From Callorhinchus milii (Eukaryota): a DNA stretch of 64,000 nucleotides. The position numbers were made by a program, and so were the translations under genes. A model generated the notes under the pieces. The model was given only the letters and a program-made list of their open reading frames with translations. It made no database searches and had not been told where the DNA came from. Where the stretch lies: positions 112,098,001-112,162,000 of the forward strand of contig NW_024704742.1 in assembly GCF_018977255.1 (NCBI RefSeq), read 5' to 3'. How positions within the stretch are numbered: position 1 is the stretch's first letter; each line of letters begins with the position of its first letter. Below are positions 63,306-64,000 of this stretch, piece by piece.

Positions 63306-64000
63306 TTTATTTCTTAATGTGGTAACAGGTTGTATGTTAATGTCTGAATCAGTATGATACCTTACATGGGTATATCCACAAGTTTACAAACATTGAACTA
63401 TAGTTTTGAAAACATTGTCAAAATCAGGCACATTAAATCACTGCATTTAGCTCTGATCTAGGGAAGAGAATATTAAGATGACTGAAATATGTAGTAATGC
63501 AAAACCATATGAGACATTCGTGAGATGACACAGAAAGGTAAACAAAGACAAACCATATTTTCAGTATATAAGTAAAAATGCCAAACGTGACCTTAATATA
63601 ATGCAATACCTTGCTTCATACAGTTTCTAATTTGACTTTCAAAATGAAAACTTATAATAGCACACTATAAATGGAAGTTAATGTTAAAATGCTAATTGCA
63701 CTTAAGCATAATTTCATTGACAAGGAGCACTCTTTTGATGTAAAATAATGTCTCAAAACATTTGATAAATGCAGTGATGCACAGAGAGTAGTGGTTTGGA
63801 CCAAATGGATGGTGAAGGGCAAGCAATATACCAGAATTAGAAATGAAGAGTATATGAACTGCAATACAGAGCAGTAGAAGATTGCAAAAGTAGGGTGGGC
63901 CAGATCATCAATTGACTTCAATAAGGTTAGGATTAACGAGTGTTTTTTTTGCTCCTCTAGTTGCCTGAAACATTCAGAAACCCAGCACCGTGCTTAAAAA

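Overview
Vertebrate non-coding DNA dominated by retrotransposons. The repeat content (a tRNA-Ala-headed SINE with (TTA)n tails, DeuSINE/SacSINE1-like elements, many L2 and CR1 3' fragments) points to a cartilaginous fish, probably a holocephalan such as Callorhinchus; this is inference from recall, not a search. I find no intact long protein-coding gene: the long ORFs are decayed L2 ORF2 pieces, SINE read-through or low-complexity artefacts. The window looks like a large intron or gene desert with several TE-poor, motif-rich blocks that may be conserved non-coding elements (largest ~22.5-27.0 kb). Best leads: (1) two minus-strand micro-exon candidates (15 nt at 62657-62671, 26 nt at 61576-61601) with strong splice signals that join without stops; (2) a 213-bp insertion at 53674-53886 with an 8-bp target-site duplication, a U2 snRNA-derived head and an A-rich tail (SINEU/Keno-like retroposon); (3) a palindromic Harbinger-like MITE with a pre-miRNA-sized hairpin; (4) two old dispersed repeat families I cannot name; (5) SINE/L2 3' stem-loop sharing and a recurrent SINE truncation point. 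Boundaries of old repeats are approximate and all comparisons were made by eye.
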